Virus record (IMG/VR): IMGVR_UViG_3300028027_000121
Coordinates: 1-37,947 of that record
Source: a virus
Taxonomy: Duplodnaviria > Caudoviricetes
Direction: 5' to 3' (one strand)
DNA length: 37,947 nucleotides
How positions within the stretch are numbered: the first letter of the stretch is position 1; each line of letters opens with the position of its first letter. Made by a program: the position numbers and the translations under genes. The notes beneath the pieces were generated by a model. That model made no database searches, was not told where the DNA came from, and worked only from the letters and a program-made list of their open reading frames with translations. Below are positions 37,717 to 37,947 of this stretch, piece after piece.

Positions 37717-37926
37717 TTATTGTCCTCTTAAGTTTTTTAGAGCTTGTAATTTAGCTTTATGAGCTGCAGAATCTTTATACTTATTAGCCTGAACATCCTC
37801 GACTCTCTGCATTCTTTCTTCAATTGGAATTTCTTCATCTTGTAAATAATCTTGATAACTATCGTGTTTCTTATCTAGTTTATTTTTATCTTTATCGGCT
37901 AGCATTCCTACTCCACCGGCGACCAT
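37717..37926 (-). CDS. C-terminal part of a gene probably starting beyond the window
   Basis: frame appears open to the window edge. Confidence 0.55.
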   Translation of the reverse strand: MVAGGVGMLADKDKNKLDKKHDSYQDYLQDEEIPIEERMQRVEDVQANKYKDSAAHKAKLQALKNLRGQ

Positions 37927-37947
37927 TCCGCCCTGTGCTAATAATGC

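Noticed and set aside
1-37947. Stop-codon reassignment, introns or inteins
   Set aside because: Core genes (RNR, helicase, polymerase, dUTPase) read through at plausible full length in the standard code with no large insertions seen

Overview
Standard-code, AT-rich segment of a tailed dsDNA phage genome with no structural genes in view. It holds the tail of a minus-strand gene block (1-1108), a ~1.4 kb divergent control region, a plus-strand early/accessory arm (COOH-NH2 ligase, class II glutamine amidotransferase, ATP-grasp ligase, HEXXH peptidase, many small ORFs), nucleotide metabolism and replication genes (class II RNR, DEDD exonucleases, thioredoxin, PD-(D/E)XK nuclease, ERF recombinase, primase-helicase, ClpX-like and second AAA+ ATPases, family B DNA polymerase, dNMP kinase, dUTPase, HNH nucleases) and a convergent minus-strand block at the right end. 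The most striking signals are non-coding. (1) Seven sigma54 -24/-12 elements point outward from an array of nine phased enhancer-like palindromes containing a perfect IHF site (1808-2493). (2) Just after the first downstream gene, a twister ribozyme (2834-2892) and a hammerhead ribozyme (3157-3209) bracket a structured 323-nt RNA that would be excised with 5'-OH and 2',3'-cyclic phosphate ends, a possible natural circularisation substrate. (3) Several aberrant tRNA-like RNAs are present, two of them 136-141 nt long and ending in CCA. A family of small paralogous ORFs, partly missed by the ORF track, is interleaved through the peptide-ligase cluster. All calls come from reading the sequence by eye, without database searches. 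The host is unknown (a sigma54-using Gram-negative bacterium is inferred).
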